Shown piece after piece: positions 1-9,997 of a DNA stretch of 64,000 bases. How positions within the stretch are numbered: the stretch's first letter is position 1; each line of letters starts with the position of its first letter. The notes under the pieces are model-generated. The model was not told the origin of the DNA. It saw only the letters and a list, made by a program, of their open reading frames with translations, and did no database searches. The stretch is from positions 192,001 through 256,000 of IMG/VR virus record IMGVR_UViG_3300037067_008064; one strand, 5' to 3'. This DNA comes from a virus. Lineage: Duplodnaviria > Heunggongvirae > Uroviricota > Caudoviricetes. A program made the position numbers and the translations under genes.

Positions 1-1161
1 TTCAAATTTTTCCCAAAGTGCTGAATTTTGTTTTTCTAATTTTGATTCCATAAAATACATATCTCTAGCAAATTGTTCTGCTTCTGTTGCAGATTCATTC
101 ATAGATTCATTTGTATTTAAATATTTAAAATTATTATCTAATTCTTCTTTACTAATAGTCCATACATCATTTGGGTCTGTTGGGTCGTCATCAATAGAAC
201 AAATTCCATAACCTCCTTCATCTCCAAAATAATTATCTTCATACCATAAAACATAAAATTTTTCATCTGGGTAAATGGTGTCGGTACTTACATTATTATC
301 ATTATTTACTATAATTTCTGTTTTACAAATTATTATATCTTCATCAAAATTATCTAATTCATTTAAATTTTTATTTTCTTTTAGTGATTCATTAGAATTA
401 ATTTTAACTTCAACACCATCAGGTCCATATACATATACTGAATTTTCATTATCAGAATCATGAACAGCTATTAAATAATCTGATTCATCTATAAGTTCAT
501 ACATATCACGGCCTCCCAACCAACCCGAATCATCATATTTTACTACTTTTTTCCAATCTTTAAATGGAACAATTGCAATTACTTCAACATCTTCATCATA
601 ATAATTTTTACCAATCATTCCAGGCTTAACATCTTGAGGTGCAATAGAATCTACATAACCTTCATTAAGAATTTTTTTTTGACTCTCGCCAAGAAATTCT
701 TGTTTTGCATCTTTCTTTTCTGGTTTTGGATAAAATCTTTCAACTACACTAATTAAAATTTTAATTAATTTTTCGTCCTTTATAATTTGAGAAATTTCAG
801 CAATTTTTTTAGTGTCTTTATATTTGGTAATTTTAACAAAAGCAGAATTGATAAGAAAAGTTTTATCTTTAGGATTTATAGAAAAACCAATTACAGTCCA
901 AAATGAAACATTATCTTTTAAAGCAACATGAAACTTAAAATGAGATTTATCAGTTTGTGCTGGTTTAATTTTACCTAATGTAATATATTTATGACAGAAC
1001 TTATTAATAATATCGCGTTCAACTTCTTGTTGATCTTCTTTTTTTGGTTTAGCTTTCTTTACTTTTTCTGGTTCTTTGGTAACATCAGTATTAGCTAAAT
1101 CTAATTTTTCTGTTTTATCTTCCTTTGCTTCATACAAAGATTCAATTACATATTGTTTCAT
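1..1161 (-). CDS. Hypothetical multi-domain protein, truncated by the window start; possible internal head protein
   Basis: Not in the ORF track because it runs off the edge. ATG at 1161 gives MKQYVIESLYEAKEDK... and the frame stays open towards base 1. It has repeated (I/L/S/M)-x-E / NES motifs and is preceded by GAATATATAAAATAAA. Confidence 0.75.
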   Translation of the reverse strand, partial: MKQYVIESLYEAKEDKTEKLDLANTDVTKEPEKVKKAKPKKEDQQEVERDIINKFCHKYITLGKIKPAQTDKSHFKFHVALKDNVSFWTVIGFSINPKDKTFLINSAFVKITKYKDTKKIAEISQIIKDEKLIKILISVVERFYPKPEKKDAKQEFLGESQKKILNEGYVDSIAPQDVKPGMIGKNYYDEDVEVIAIVPFKDWKKVVKYDDSGWLGGRDMYELIDESDYLIAVHDSDNENSVYVYGPDGVEVKINSNESLKENKNLNELDNFDEDIIICKTEIIVNNDNNVSTDTIYPDEKFYVLWYEDNYFGDEGGYGICSIDDDPTDPNDVWTISKEELDNNFKYLNTNESMNESATEAEQFARDMYFMESKLEKQNSALWEKFE

Positions 1162-1169
1162 ATTAATAG

Positions 1170-1185
1170 TTTATTTTATATATTC
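1170..1185 (-). promoter_or_regulatory. Putative late-type phage promoter GAATATATAAAATAAA
   Basis: The motif recurs shortly upstream of many start codons in the window and resembles the T4 late promoter TATAAATA. Confidence 0.6.
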
Positions 1186-1212
1186 ATTTGTTAAAAGTTA
1201 AAAATTGAATAA

Positions 1213-1734
1213 CTAATTTTGATTATATATTTTTAGTGAATTACTTATTTTATTTTTTGTTTTTATTGTATGATGTTTTCCTAACCAAATTTTATTTCCT
1301 TTTAAAGCTTCGCTAATTTTTCTTTTAGTTTCTTCAGAAAGAATTTTTCCGGAATGTATTTTACCAATTTTAATTTTAGTTTCTTCTTTACATTTTTTAC
1401 CTAAATGAGATTCACTAATTTTTCTTTTGGTTTCTTCAGATAAATAACTTTTTGAAATACCATATCCACCTTTAGGGCTTATATTATAACCATTAGGACT
1501 TAATGTATTATATTCTTGAATATATTTTTCTTGTGCATTAAAAGCTTCTTCTTTAGTATTAAAATATTCTAGAATTTCTTTCTTAAAATTTTTTCTTCCA
1601 TATTTTCTAATAGCTTTTTGAAAATATGGTTTACCGCTTCCTAAATAAGTATCATTTAAGTTATCGGTTGAATGATCACCCACATATTGTTTACCATTTA
1701 TAATATTAGTTGTGATATAAACAAAATGTTTCAT
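1213..1734 (-). CDS. Free-standing GIY-YIG homing endonuclease (Seg-like) with NUMOD3-type repeats
   Basis: FVYITTNIINGKQYVG...YLGSG...EEAFNAQE...GYN catalytic domain followed by SEETKRKIS repeats. Confidence 0.9.
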   Translation of the reverse strand: MKHFVYITTNIINGKQYVGDHSTDNLNDTYLGSGKPYFQKAIRKYGRKNFKKEILEYFNTKEEAFNAQEKYIQEYNTLSPNGYNISPKGGYGISKSYLSEETKRKISESHLGKKCKEETKIKIGKIHSGKILSEETKRKISEALKGNKIWLGKHHTIKTKNKISNSLKIYNQN

Positions 1735-1748
1735 AATACCTTTTGTTT

Positions 1749-2492
1749 TTAAAAATTAAAAATAGAATAATTTATACCAAATCCTACCATAGGTGCTAAT
1801 TTAACAGGATTTGACAATGCTACACCGTAGCCTGCAAAGAAACTTAATCCCCAGTGTTTTTGTGGGAAATATTTTTTAAGTTCTTTAGATTTTTGAGGAT
1901 CAATAATATAACCATCTATATCTGTAAATGATAATCCCGGGAAATCGCTTCGTGCATTAATATAGAGGTTTTTATCTTTTTTATTTTCAGTTAAACTAAC
2001 ATAAAGTTTAGCTCCTAGTTCTAATTTTTGTATATAAGAGTAATAACCTATTGGTTTAAGAGTTGTATCTATAGTTAAAAAAGTTTTGCCATTCATTTTA
2101 AAATAATTACCATCAGAATAAGTTGTATCTTTAGACCATCCTAATTTAAATACTTTATTATTACCGTTAAAATAAGTACTATCTATAATAGTTACAAGAG
2201 TTGTATCGCGATATTCTATTTTAGTAACAACCTTTGTTATAACAATTGGGTTTTCTTTTAATTTTTTAACTTCATTGTAAAGTTCATTATTATATTCTTT
2301 TAAATCACTGATTGTTAAAACTGCAGATTGATTTCTAGCATATAATTCTTTATTAAGATTCATTACATATTCTGTAGAATCTCTGAGAATTTTAGTATTT
2401 CTTTCTGATTTGTTAAGAGCAGAACGTGTAAGTCCAAGCCAAACTACTAATGCTATAATTATAGCTACTAGTATATAAGTTAAATATTTCAT
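1749..2492 (-). CDS. N-terminally membrane-anchored envelope protein, possible spanin-like lysis protein
   Basis: N-terminal hydrophobic helix, a coiled-coil segment, and a C-terminal amphipathic beta-hairpin (WGLSFFAGYG...VGFGINYSIFNF) ending in Phe. Confidence 0.5.
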   Translation of the reverse strand: MKYLTYILVAIIIALVVWLGLTRSALNKSERNTKILRDSTEYVMNLNKELYARNQSAVLTISDLKEYNNELYNEVKKLKENPIVITKVVTKIEYRDTTLVTIIDSTYFNGNNKVFKLGWSKDTTYSDGNYFKMNGKTFLTIDTTLKPIGYYSYIQKLELGAKLYVSLTENKKDKNLYINARSDFPGLSFTDIDGYIIDPQKSKELKKYFPQKHWGLSFFAGYGVALSNPVKLAPMVGFGINYSIFNF

Positions 2493-2504
2493 AATTTATT
2501 TATT

Positions 2505-5141
2505 TTAGAAAAATGTATTAAGTGTTATATTAAGTTTACCTTTAAACGTTCCGTATGGGTAATACATTATATCAAATGTATTGTTTTCAGATCTTAAAGT
2601 AACTTCTGATGTAATTATTGAATTAACTGTTATACTTTCACCAACATTTAAATCAACATTAAATAATGAGTCTTTCTTATAACCGATGTGTACAACAAGT
2701 TTAGATATATCAATACCATTTAAGTATGAACTTACTCCGGAAATATTTGCAATAGTTGTTGTGCCATTTTCAGTTATAGAACCAGCAAGAATACCACTAT
2801 AAATTTGAATTGGGTTTGGACTTAAATCTGGTGATGTTGCCCAAATACTTACATCTAAACTTGTGTAATCAAAAGTAGGATGTATTTCTGTTAATCCATT
2901 AACTGTCATATAAATACTAGCATCAAAATATATACTTCCATCAGGTTCTTTAAATACAGTACAATTTTCAACACATACAGCATTAGTAGATAAATCTTTA
3001 TTATCGGTTAATACATATGTTAAGAAACCTGCTGGTGCTGTATAAGATTTTTCTCTATGATATAATCCAATATTCATTACTTTACAAGCAGATGCATCTT
3101 CATATAATGCTATATCTGAGAAGAATTTAGTTGAAACAAATGTTTCTTCTTTATTTATAGCAAATTGAAGATACTTAGTATTTTTTAAATCACTATAATT
3201 TATTTGTTGCCTTGTAGAAGGAAGAAATGTTACTAATCCATCTTTAGATGCATAAATACTTACATCATATAAAGCAGCGTATGGTACGTTTCCTATTGAA
3301 AAATAATTTGAATCACAACTTTCTATTGCACCATTTGGTATTATTGGTTGATTAACAGCTACTAATGCTTGTGTTGCATTATTATAAATAAATCCAACAA
3401 ATAAATAATCATTTATAGAACTATTATTAATAAAATTATAATAAACATTTGCAACAGCGTTTCCTGCTACACGCATATCAAGTTCTTTTGATTTTCTAAT
3501 CCAGCCATTACTTTGTGCATAAGATGCTGCAGTACTTTTTTCAACAAATTCTAAATATGCATTATATTCTTGGTCATATTCTAATCCACTAATTGTAACT
3601 GTTCCGCTTGCTTCAAGATTATGTAATATTATTGGATTAAATGCACTAACATCTGTATTAAATCTATATCTTCCTGTAGCAGCTTCATATATAAGTTTTT
3701 TATTATTATAAATACTATTATCTTTATAAAGAACTAAATTAGTTTGAACTTGTGCCCCATTAGTATAATTTGCAAAAAATCCTTTTTTATCCCAAAGAAT
3801 AGATATTTCATTTCCTGATGAATCCCAATCCCAATATGGTTCACTTGCATTTGGATTAAATAAATTATTAAAAAGATATACGGGATTTAAATCATATGTT
3901 GATAATAACTTATAATCTGAATCATCATACATCATATATGAAAATTTAGAAACTTTTACAGTTCCAACTTCTGTTAGGTTTTCGTTTAACCCTAAATTAA
4001 CTACACCATCTTTTCTTGTGTTATTATCGGGTGCTGGGAATGTTATGGGAGCTATGTCATTATTATAAGATATCCATTCTTGTTTTTCATATGTACCACC
4101 ATATACATATATGTCCCCTCCTAAAATAGATCCTTTACTAAGTGCTACTAATGCTTTAGCGTGCCCACCCTTTAAAATTATATTACCACCTCTAATTATA
4201 TTTCCTTCTTGATTAGGTGTCATGGTATAATTATAACCACCAGTAATTGTAATATCTCCACCCTGTGTTTCTATAGGCGCTCCTAAATTTGAAGCACTTA
4301 TACTTATTTTTTGCCCATCTAATGTTATTGCATTTCCATATCTATATGTTTTTTCAATACCATTTGGAATGTATTCACTTTTAATTTCAAAATTTATTTT
4401 TATACTATTATCTACTTGAAATGTTACATTTGGAATATTCCATAAAACATTTTTAAAATCTAATGCTAATGATACATCTCTTAAAATATTATTAGTATCT
4501 AAATTACCAATTCTAAATGTATTATTTAAATCTCTTGATATTGCAAATGAATTATTATTATTAACCCCGGCCGTAAAAACCATAAAAGGATTTCTAGAAT
4601 TTAATTCTACATCAACAAATTTAATTTGTGCAAAATCAATGGGCTTATTTTTATAAATAGTATTTGGATATAAAGTATAATTAATACCCGGAACTGCTGG
4701 ATAAATATTATCAATTAAATACTTAACATTTGATACTGGGTCAACTGTATTAATAACTCTCTTATAATCACCACCAGTATTTAAACTATTTGTTAATGAA
4801 AAATACCCGGAAATATTTAATAAATAACCAGTTGCTAAATAATATGTAAATCCAGAGGGACCATTGTCACCTTCTGGTATTATTTCATAAATAACAGAAT
4901 TTTTATCAACAAATAAATCTCCATGTTGATATATTCTAGTAGGATATCCTGGTAAAAAATCATCAACATTAGAATATAATAATTTATTATTTACTATTTT
5001 AGTATTAATATTAATGTTATTTCCTGTACCATCTAAATCTGAAAAATAGAATGATAACCCTGTTAATCCATTACTACCATCAACTCCTTGAGTACCATAA
5101 CCAGGTAAACCTGGTGCATATTTAAATTTACTGTTGCTCAT
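2505..5141 (-). CDS. Putative virion structural protein (tail or baseplate appendage)
   Basis: 878 aa, N/S/T/Y-rich. Short G-x-x N-terminus (PGLPGYGTQGVDGSNGLTG), GGDITITGG/GGNIILKGG/GGDIYVYGG repeats, many D-x-S motifs. Confidence 0.55.
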   Translation of the reverse strand: MSNSKFKYAPGLPGYGTQGVDGSNGLTGLSFYFSDLDGTGNNININTKIVNNKLLYSNVDDFLPGYPTRIYQHGDLFVDKNSVIYEIIPEGDNGPSGFTYYLATGYLLNISGYFSLTNSLNTGGDYKRVINTVDPVSNVKYLIDNIYPAVPGINYTLYPNTIYKNKPIDFAQIKFVDVELNSRNPFMVFTAGVNNNNSFAISRDLNNTFRIGNLDTNNILRDVSLALDFKNVLWNIPNVTFQVDNSIKINFEIKSEYIPNGIEKTYRYGNAITLDGQKISISASNLGAPIETQGGDITITGGYNYTMTPNQEGNIIRGGNIILKGGHAKALVALSKGSILGGDIYVYGGTYEKQEWISYNNDIAPITFPAPDNNTRKDGVVNLGLNENLTEVGTVKVSKFSYMMYDDSDYKLLSTYDLNPVYLFNNLFNPNASEPYWDWDSSGNEISILWDKKGFFANYTNGAQVQTNLVLYKDNSIYNNKKLIYEAATGRYRFNTDVSAFNPIILHNLEASGTVTISGLEYDQEYNAYLEFVEKSTAASYAQSNGWIRKSKELDMRVAGNAVANVYYNFINNSSINDYLFVGFIYNNATQALVAVNQPIIPNGAIESCDSNYFSIGNVPYAALYDVSIYASKDGLVTFLPSTRQQINYSDLKNTKYLQFAINKEETFVSTKFFSDIALYEDASACKVMNIGLYHREKSYTAPAGFLTYVLTDNKDLSTNAVCVENCTVFKEPDGSIYFDASIYMTVNGLTEIHPTFDYTSLDVSIWATSPDLSPNPIQIYSGILAGSITENGTTTIANISGVSSYLNGIDISKLVVHIGYKKDSLFNVDLNVGESITVNSIITSEVTLRSENNTFDIMYYPYGTFKGKLNITLNTFF

Positions 5142-5168
5142 ATTTCCTTTTTATATTTATTCATTGTT

Positions 5169-8100
5169 TTATTTTTCTTTGATTTTTATTTGTATATAAT
5201 AATCAAAATCACTATAATTACTATAACTAAATCTTATAAAATAAACCAAATTATTATTAACTAATTTTAATTCTCTTTCAAAATTAGTTCCATTAACTAA
5301 TACATAATCTGCATTATTAATTATTTTGGATTTAATATAAAATTTAATATCTATGTCATTTAAATCATAATCATAATATGAAATAACAGTATCTTTAATA
5401 TAATTTTCAATTATAAAATTACTTGAAATTCCTAGTGGATTATTATTGGTTGATAAATAAGACCAATTATTAACAAAATCATTATTGTTTTTAAAATTAT
5501 TTAAAATAACATTAGTTAAATTTATACTTAGCTGAATTTTTGGTTCATTAAGAGATTTTGTTATGGTAGTAATTGAATTTACATTCCAATTATAGAAATC
5601 AAATGTTAATTCATGTGGTAATTTAATTAATTTAGAACCAAAGAAAGAAGGTCTTTCTGTTGAAGCGTAATACCCTGGAATTAATCCAATACTGTTATCT
5701 TCTAAATAGTAATAATAGTTATCCCATTGTGAACTAAATGGATTAAAATCTTTAAATCTAATACTGTTTCCTTCTGAAGAAGATATTAATGATACTTTAT
5801 TATACCATAATTGAGGGATATAATTATAGGATTTAAGATTTGTGTTTGCATGAACAAAATCTTTTTCAGTTACTTCTATTATATCATTATCTTCATTTGA
5901 ATTAAATTCTAAAATGTTATTAAATTTAGGGGTATAATATCCATTATATGTGTATATGTCATTATAAAATTGTGGAGATAATAATGATATAAATAATGGA
6001 CTAGAATTAAAATTATAATTACTAAGAATTGTTGTTTCACGAATAATATAGAACATTACATTATTACCATTACTTAATAATTTTTCTAATGTAGTATAAT
6101 TACAAGTATTATTTTTATATAAATTATTATTAGAATTAAATTGATATGATAAATTAATTACACGATTACCATAAGAATCTATATTTTTAAGTGGTAAATA
6201 TGATACACGATTTAAAAATGTATTATAAGATTTATTAAAAATAAATACATTATCTTCAACTCTATTTTCACCAAATGGTGTAAAAATATAGCCTAAGCTT
6301 GAATTATAACTAAATGAAAACTGTGATAATTTAGAAGATTCAAGAGTTGAATAATTATTTTCAATGCCAAAAATATTGGTTATCCCTGGAATATAATTAG
6401 CAGTATTAGTATTAAAAGGAGTTTTGATATATGAATATCCTTCAGATGAATCAACATTTGAAGTTAAAAATCCCGTTAAAAAGAATGGGTCCATCCCTCT
6501 TCCATATAATACAGATTTTCCAGATGATTTATCTGAATATCTTTTATTATAATGTAAGATATCATTTCCTTGATACCAAATCATTAAAATAGTTTTGGTG
6601 TTTTCATTTATAATTAATTCAACAGGATGATTTGTAGTTAAATTTTTTGATGGCGTAGATATAAATGAAAATCTATAATTATCATAATTAGAAATATTAA
6701 AATAATTTTTAGTAAAATTAAAAGTAGAAATACTTAAATTTAATCCAAGAAAAATAGTTTTAATTGAGTCACTAATTTTGTCATAATAAACTAAAGAAGA
6801 CCTTGATGTTGTTTTTTCTGTATTATTATTTAAAGTAATTTTTGAAAAAATATCATTATAGGGTTGTTTAAAAATAAGATCTTTTAATTTAATATATTTG
6901 GTAATATTATCTTCAACATAAGGCACACTATCGTTAATATCATAGTATATATAATCTTTCCATTCTCGTTCACCCTGTGAAAGATATTTAAATACAGGGT
7001 ATGAAATTTCTGAATTAAATTGATCTACAGTTGGAATAAAATTAGTATTGCTTCTATCCATCCAATCTTTATTTAATAATAATCTTAATTCATTATTTCT
7101 ACAATCAGTTCCTTGTGCTGCCCATTTTACTATATAAGGTACTGTTAAATTATATTTTAATTTGGTTTTAAAAGTATCTAAATAATATGTTGATATATCT
7201 TCTTCACTAATATATGATTTATAAGATTTAAAATCATGTTCTCCATTTAAAATATTATATTTAATAGTTGTTTTGGATGTTGCACTTATTTTAATAGAAG
7301 AATCAAAAGTATTAAATAAAAAATTTCCATCTGTTACATTATAAGTAACTGATTTAATTCCTAAAGATATGTGCCCGGTTCCAGATGTTATGGATAAAGA
7401 ATATCTATCATATATTATAATTGATTCGCTTGCATCTAAAGTTATTTCATAAGTATCATTATCATTATTTCTTTTATAAAAATATTGACTTTGATATCCT
7501 AAATTTTTATCATATACAGTAAAATCAAAATCTTTAACTGGATTAATGCTCATCAATGAAATAGAAACAGGTAATACACTATATGCATTCCATTGTTTAT
7601 TATTAACTAATTTAATTGGCGCTCCAGTTTTAATTAACAAATTTTTATTAGATTTTGTTGGGTCTAAAACATAATTAAAAGATTCTTTATTTATATTAGT
7701 TGATATATCAAATTCTTTAATTAGTTTAAACCAACTATGTTGTGCTTGATATAAGATATAATCTTGAAATAAAGAACGAGTTTCTTTTAAATCTTTATTA
7801 AGATAACAAGACCCATCAATAGAATATGTATAATTAAGACCTATTTCTATAAAATTAATTAATAAAGATTTTCTATCACCATATAATTCAAAATTAATAG
7901 GGCCATAAGAAGCATCAAAAGATATTATTTCAAAATCATTATCAGATGGATTATATACACTAAAGAAAGATATATCACTATAATTTGCTGCGTTATTAAA
8001 AGAAGATGATGCATCATAAAAAATATCTCTTGTTTGTGATGTTAATCTTTGAAAAATATAATTATCTGTGCTATTTGCATAACTATTTAATACAAGAGAA

Positions 8101-9992
8101 ATAGTGTCATTACTATTTTTGTAAACAGTAAATGGGCATAATTCAAAATCTTTAAATGAATTAAATCCACTAATGATTGCATCGGTTTGATCTTCCTTTG
8201 TACCAGCAACAGAAAAAGCAGTTCTAACTAAATTTGGATATTGTTCAATTGTATATTCAGAATTATAACACCAACTGGTTCCTTTTTCTAATAAACTAGA
8301 ATCTAATCCATAAAGTTCCCAAAGTTTATTTTGAGTTGTATTAATTACTCTTAAATGTTCTCCTTGGTGTAAGTGATTTTCTAATGTAAAAGTTATAAAT
8401 TTTTTAATTGAAACTAATTCTGCATTAACACTAAAAATATTTTTATTTGGTTTATTAATATAATTAGATAAATTAATTGATGCTTCTCCATTAATATAAT
8501 CAAGGTTAGAAAATCTATTTACCTTCCCATCATTATCAATTAATGCAAAAATTCTATTTTTATAATTTGCATTAATATCTTTATTATAAAAAATACTCGA
8601 TTCAAAAAAATTATTAATAACTTTATCATCTAATGATTTAATAGTAACTGAAGCATCAGTTGTATTTTCTTGATAATAAAATATTTTATAAAGTTCGTTT
8701 TCAGATAAATATAATCCAAAATACCTATTCATAGAATAATCTGAAACTTCATTATCAGAAAAAGTAAATTCTAAATTTAATAAATTAGGGCACAAAGAAT
8801 TTAACCCACTAAATTTAGTTGAAATATAATTATTTAATTGTGTATAATTATTTTCATTATGTATTAATTCATTGGTGTATACATTCTTAGGTGCTATAAC
8901 TCCACTATCAACATCAATACCTATCCAACTATTTGGAACTTGATTTGATGTAATATCTTTATCTAATGATAAAAATACAGAACCTTGTTTTTTATTAATT
9001 TCTTCTATATATCTATTTAATAAGATACCAATTGGTGTAACATTCTTTTTAAGTGACCATGATTTAACAATTGAAGAATCAGTTAAAAATCTTTGAAATA
9101 ATATTTCTCCGTTTATATATGTTTCTGTATTATAAGCTCCTGATAGTCTAAATATTACAAAATAATCTGGTAATTTTTTATTTATCCATAATGGAGCTAA
9201 AATAGCATATGAATCACTATATAATTCTTCTTTTAAAAGTCTTGCACCATAAGAATATGTTAGTTCATATTGTTCATCATATTTTCTTTTAGGAGATGTA
9301 ATATCAAAATTTTCTTGATCATTTATTTTAAATAAATCATCCTTAGGCAAATTGTTATTAATTCCGCCTTGCCCATAAACTTTTGATACTTTAATTTCAT
9401 ATCTATCACCAGATGTATTTTCATTATCATTTCCTGGAGATATTTCAACTTTTCTAAATACTTTATTAGATAAGGCATTAGTAACAGGAAAAGTATCTAA
9501 ATATATTTTATTATCACTATTAATAACTAATTTAATATTTCCTGATAATTTAGGATTAGACCTCATTAATAAATATGAAGCAATATTATCTTCTTGTATT
9601 GTGGATGTATTAAAAATATTGATTACATTATTTCTAATTATAAATGGTCTATTAAAAATTGAAACATCTATTTGTTCTGATGTACTTAAATCACTACTAT
9701 CATAAATCTTAAAAGATAAAATAAAATCAAAATCATTTGGTTGAAAAGTAAATAAATGAAATGATGCAATATTATTTACTGAATTTAATTCTAAACATGA
9801 ATTAAGACATGGGTCAGGATACATATAATTAATATCTAATCCATTAATAAATAGAATTTCATTACCAATAGATGAATTAACAAATGGTACTATGTAAGCA
9901 GTACTGCCATCAATATATCTAAAGGATAAAAACGCTTCACTATTCTGTGAAGTTAAAATTATATTTGTACTAAAATCTTTTTGTAAATTCAT
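5169..9992 (-). CDS. Large putative virion structural protein (baseplate or tail associated)
   Basis: 1607-aa uninterrupted ORF with beta-rich composition, co-oriented with other structural genes, many D-x-S motifs. Confidence 0.55.
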   Translation of the reverse strand: MNLQKDFSTNIILTSQNSEAFLSFRYIDGSTAYIVPFVNSSIGNEILFINGLDINYMYPDPCLNSCLELNSVNNIASFHLFTFQPNDFDFILSFKIYDSSDLSTSEQIDVSIFNRPFIIRNNVINIFNTSTIQEDNIASYLLMRSNPKLSGNIKLVINSDNKIYLDTFPVTNALSNKVFRKVEISPGNDNENTSGDRYEIKVSKVYGQGGINNNLPKDDLFKINDQENFDITSPKRKYDEQYELTYSYGARLLKEELYSDSYAILAPLWINKKLPDYFVIFRLSGAYNTETYINGEILFQRFLTDSSIVKSWSLKKNVTPIGILLNRYIEEINKKQGSVFLSLDKDITSNQVPNSWIGIDVDSGVIAPKNVYTNELIHNENNYTQLNNYISTKFSGLNSLCPNLLNLEFTFSDNEVSDYSMNRYFGLYLSENELYKIFYYQENTTDASVTIKSLDDKVINNFFESSIFYNKDINANYKNRIFALIDNDGKVNRFSNLDYINGEASINLSNYINKPNKNIFSVNAELVSIKKFITFTLENHLHQGEHLRVINTTQNKLWELYGLDSSLLEKGTSWCYNSEYTIEQYPNLVRTAFSVAGTKEDQTDAIISGFNSFKDFELCPFTVYKNSNDTISLVLNSYANSTDNYIFQRLTSQTRDIFYDASSSFNNAANYSDISFFSVYNPSDNDFEIISFDASYGPINFELYGDRKSLLINFIEIGLNYTYSIDGSCYLNKDLKETRSLFQDYILYQAQHSWFKLIKEFDISTNINKESFNYVLDPTKSNKNLLIKTGAPIKLVNNKQWNAYSVLPVSISLMSINPVKDFDFTVYDKNLGYQSQYFYKRNNDNDTYEITLDASESIIIYDRYSLSITSGTGHISLGIKSVTYNVTDGNFLFNTFDSSIKISATSKTTIKYNILNGEHDFKSYKSYISEEDISTYYLDTFKTKLKYNLTVPYIVKWAAQGTDCRNNELRLLLNKDWMDRSNTNFIPTVDQFNSEISYPVFKYLSQGEREWKDYIYYDINDSVPYVEDNITKYIKLKDLIFKQPYNDIFSKITLNNNTEKTTSRSSLVYYDKISDSIKTIFLGLNLSISTFNFTKNYFNISNYDNYRFSFISTPSKNLTTNHPVELIINENTKTILMIWYQGNDILHYNKRYSDKSSGKSVLYGRGMDPFFLTGFLTSNVDSSEGYSYIKTPFNTNTANYIPGITNIFGIENNYSTLESSKLSQFSFSYNSSLGYIFTPFGENRVEDNVFIFNKSYNTFLNRVSYLPLKNIDSYGNRVINLSYQFNSNNNLYKNNTCNYTTLEKLLSNGNNVMFYIIRETTILSNYNFNSSPLFISLLSPQFYNDIYTYNGYYTPKFNNILEFNSNEDNDIIEVTEKDFVHANTNLKSYNYIPQLWYNKVSLISSSEGNSIRFKDFNPFSSQWDNYYYYLEDNSIGLIPGYYASTERPSFFGSKLIKLPHELTFDFYNWNVNSITTITKSLNEPKIQLSINLTNVILNNFKNNNDFVNNWSYLSTNNNPLGISSNFIIENYIKDTVISYYDYDLNDIDIKFYIKSKIINNADYVLVNGTNFERELKLVNNNLVYFIRFSYSNYSDFDYYIQIKIKEK

Positions 9993-9997
9993 ATATT

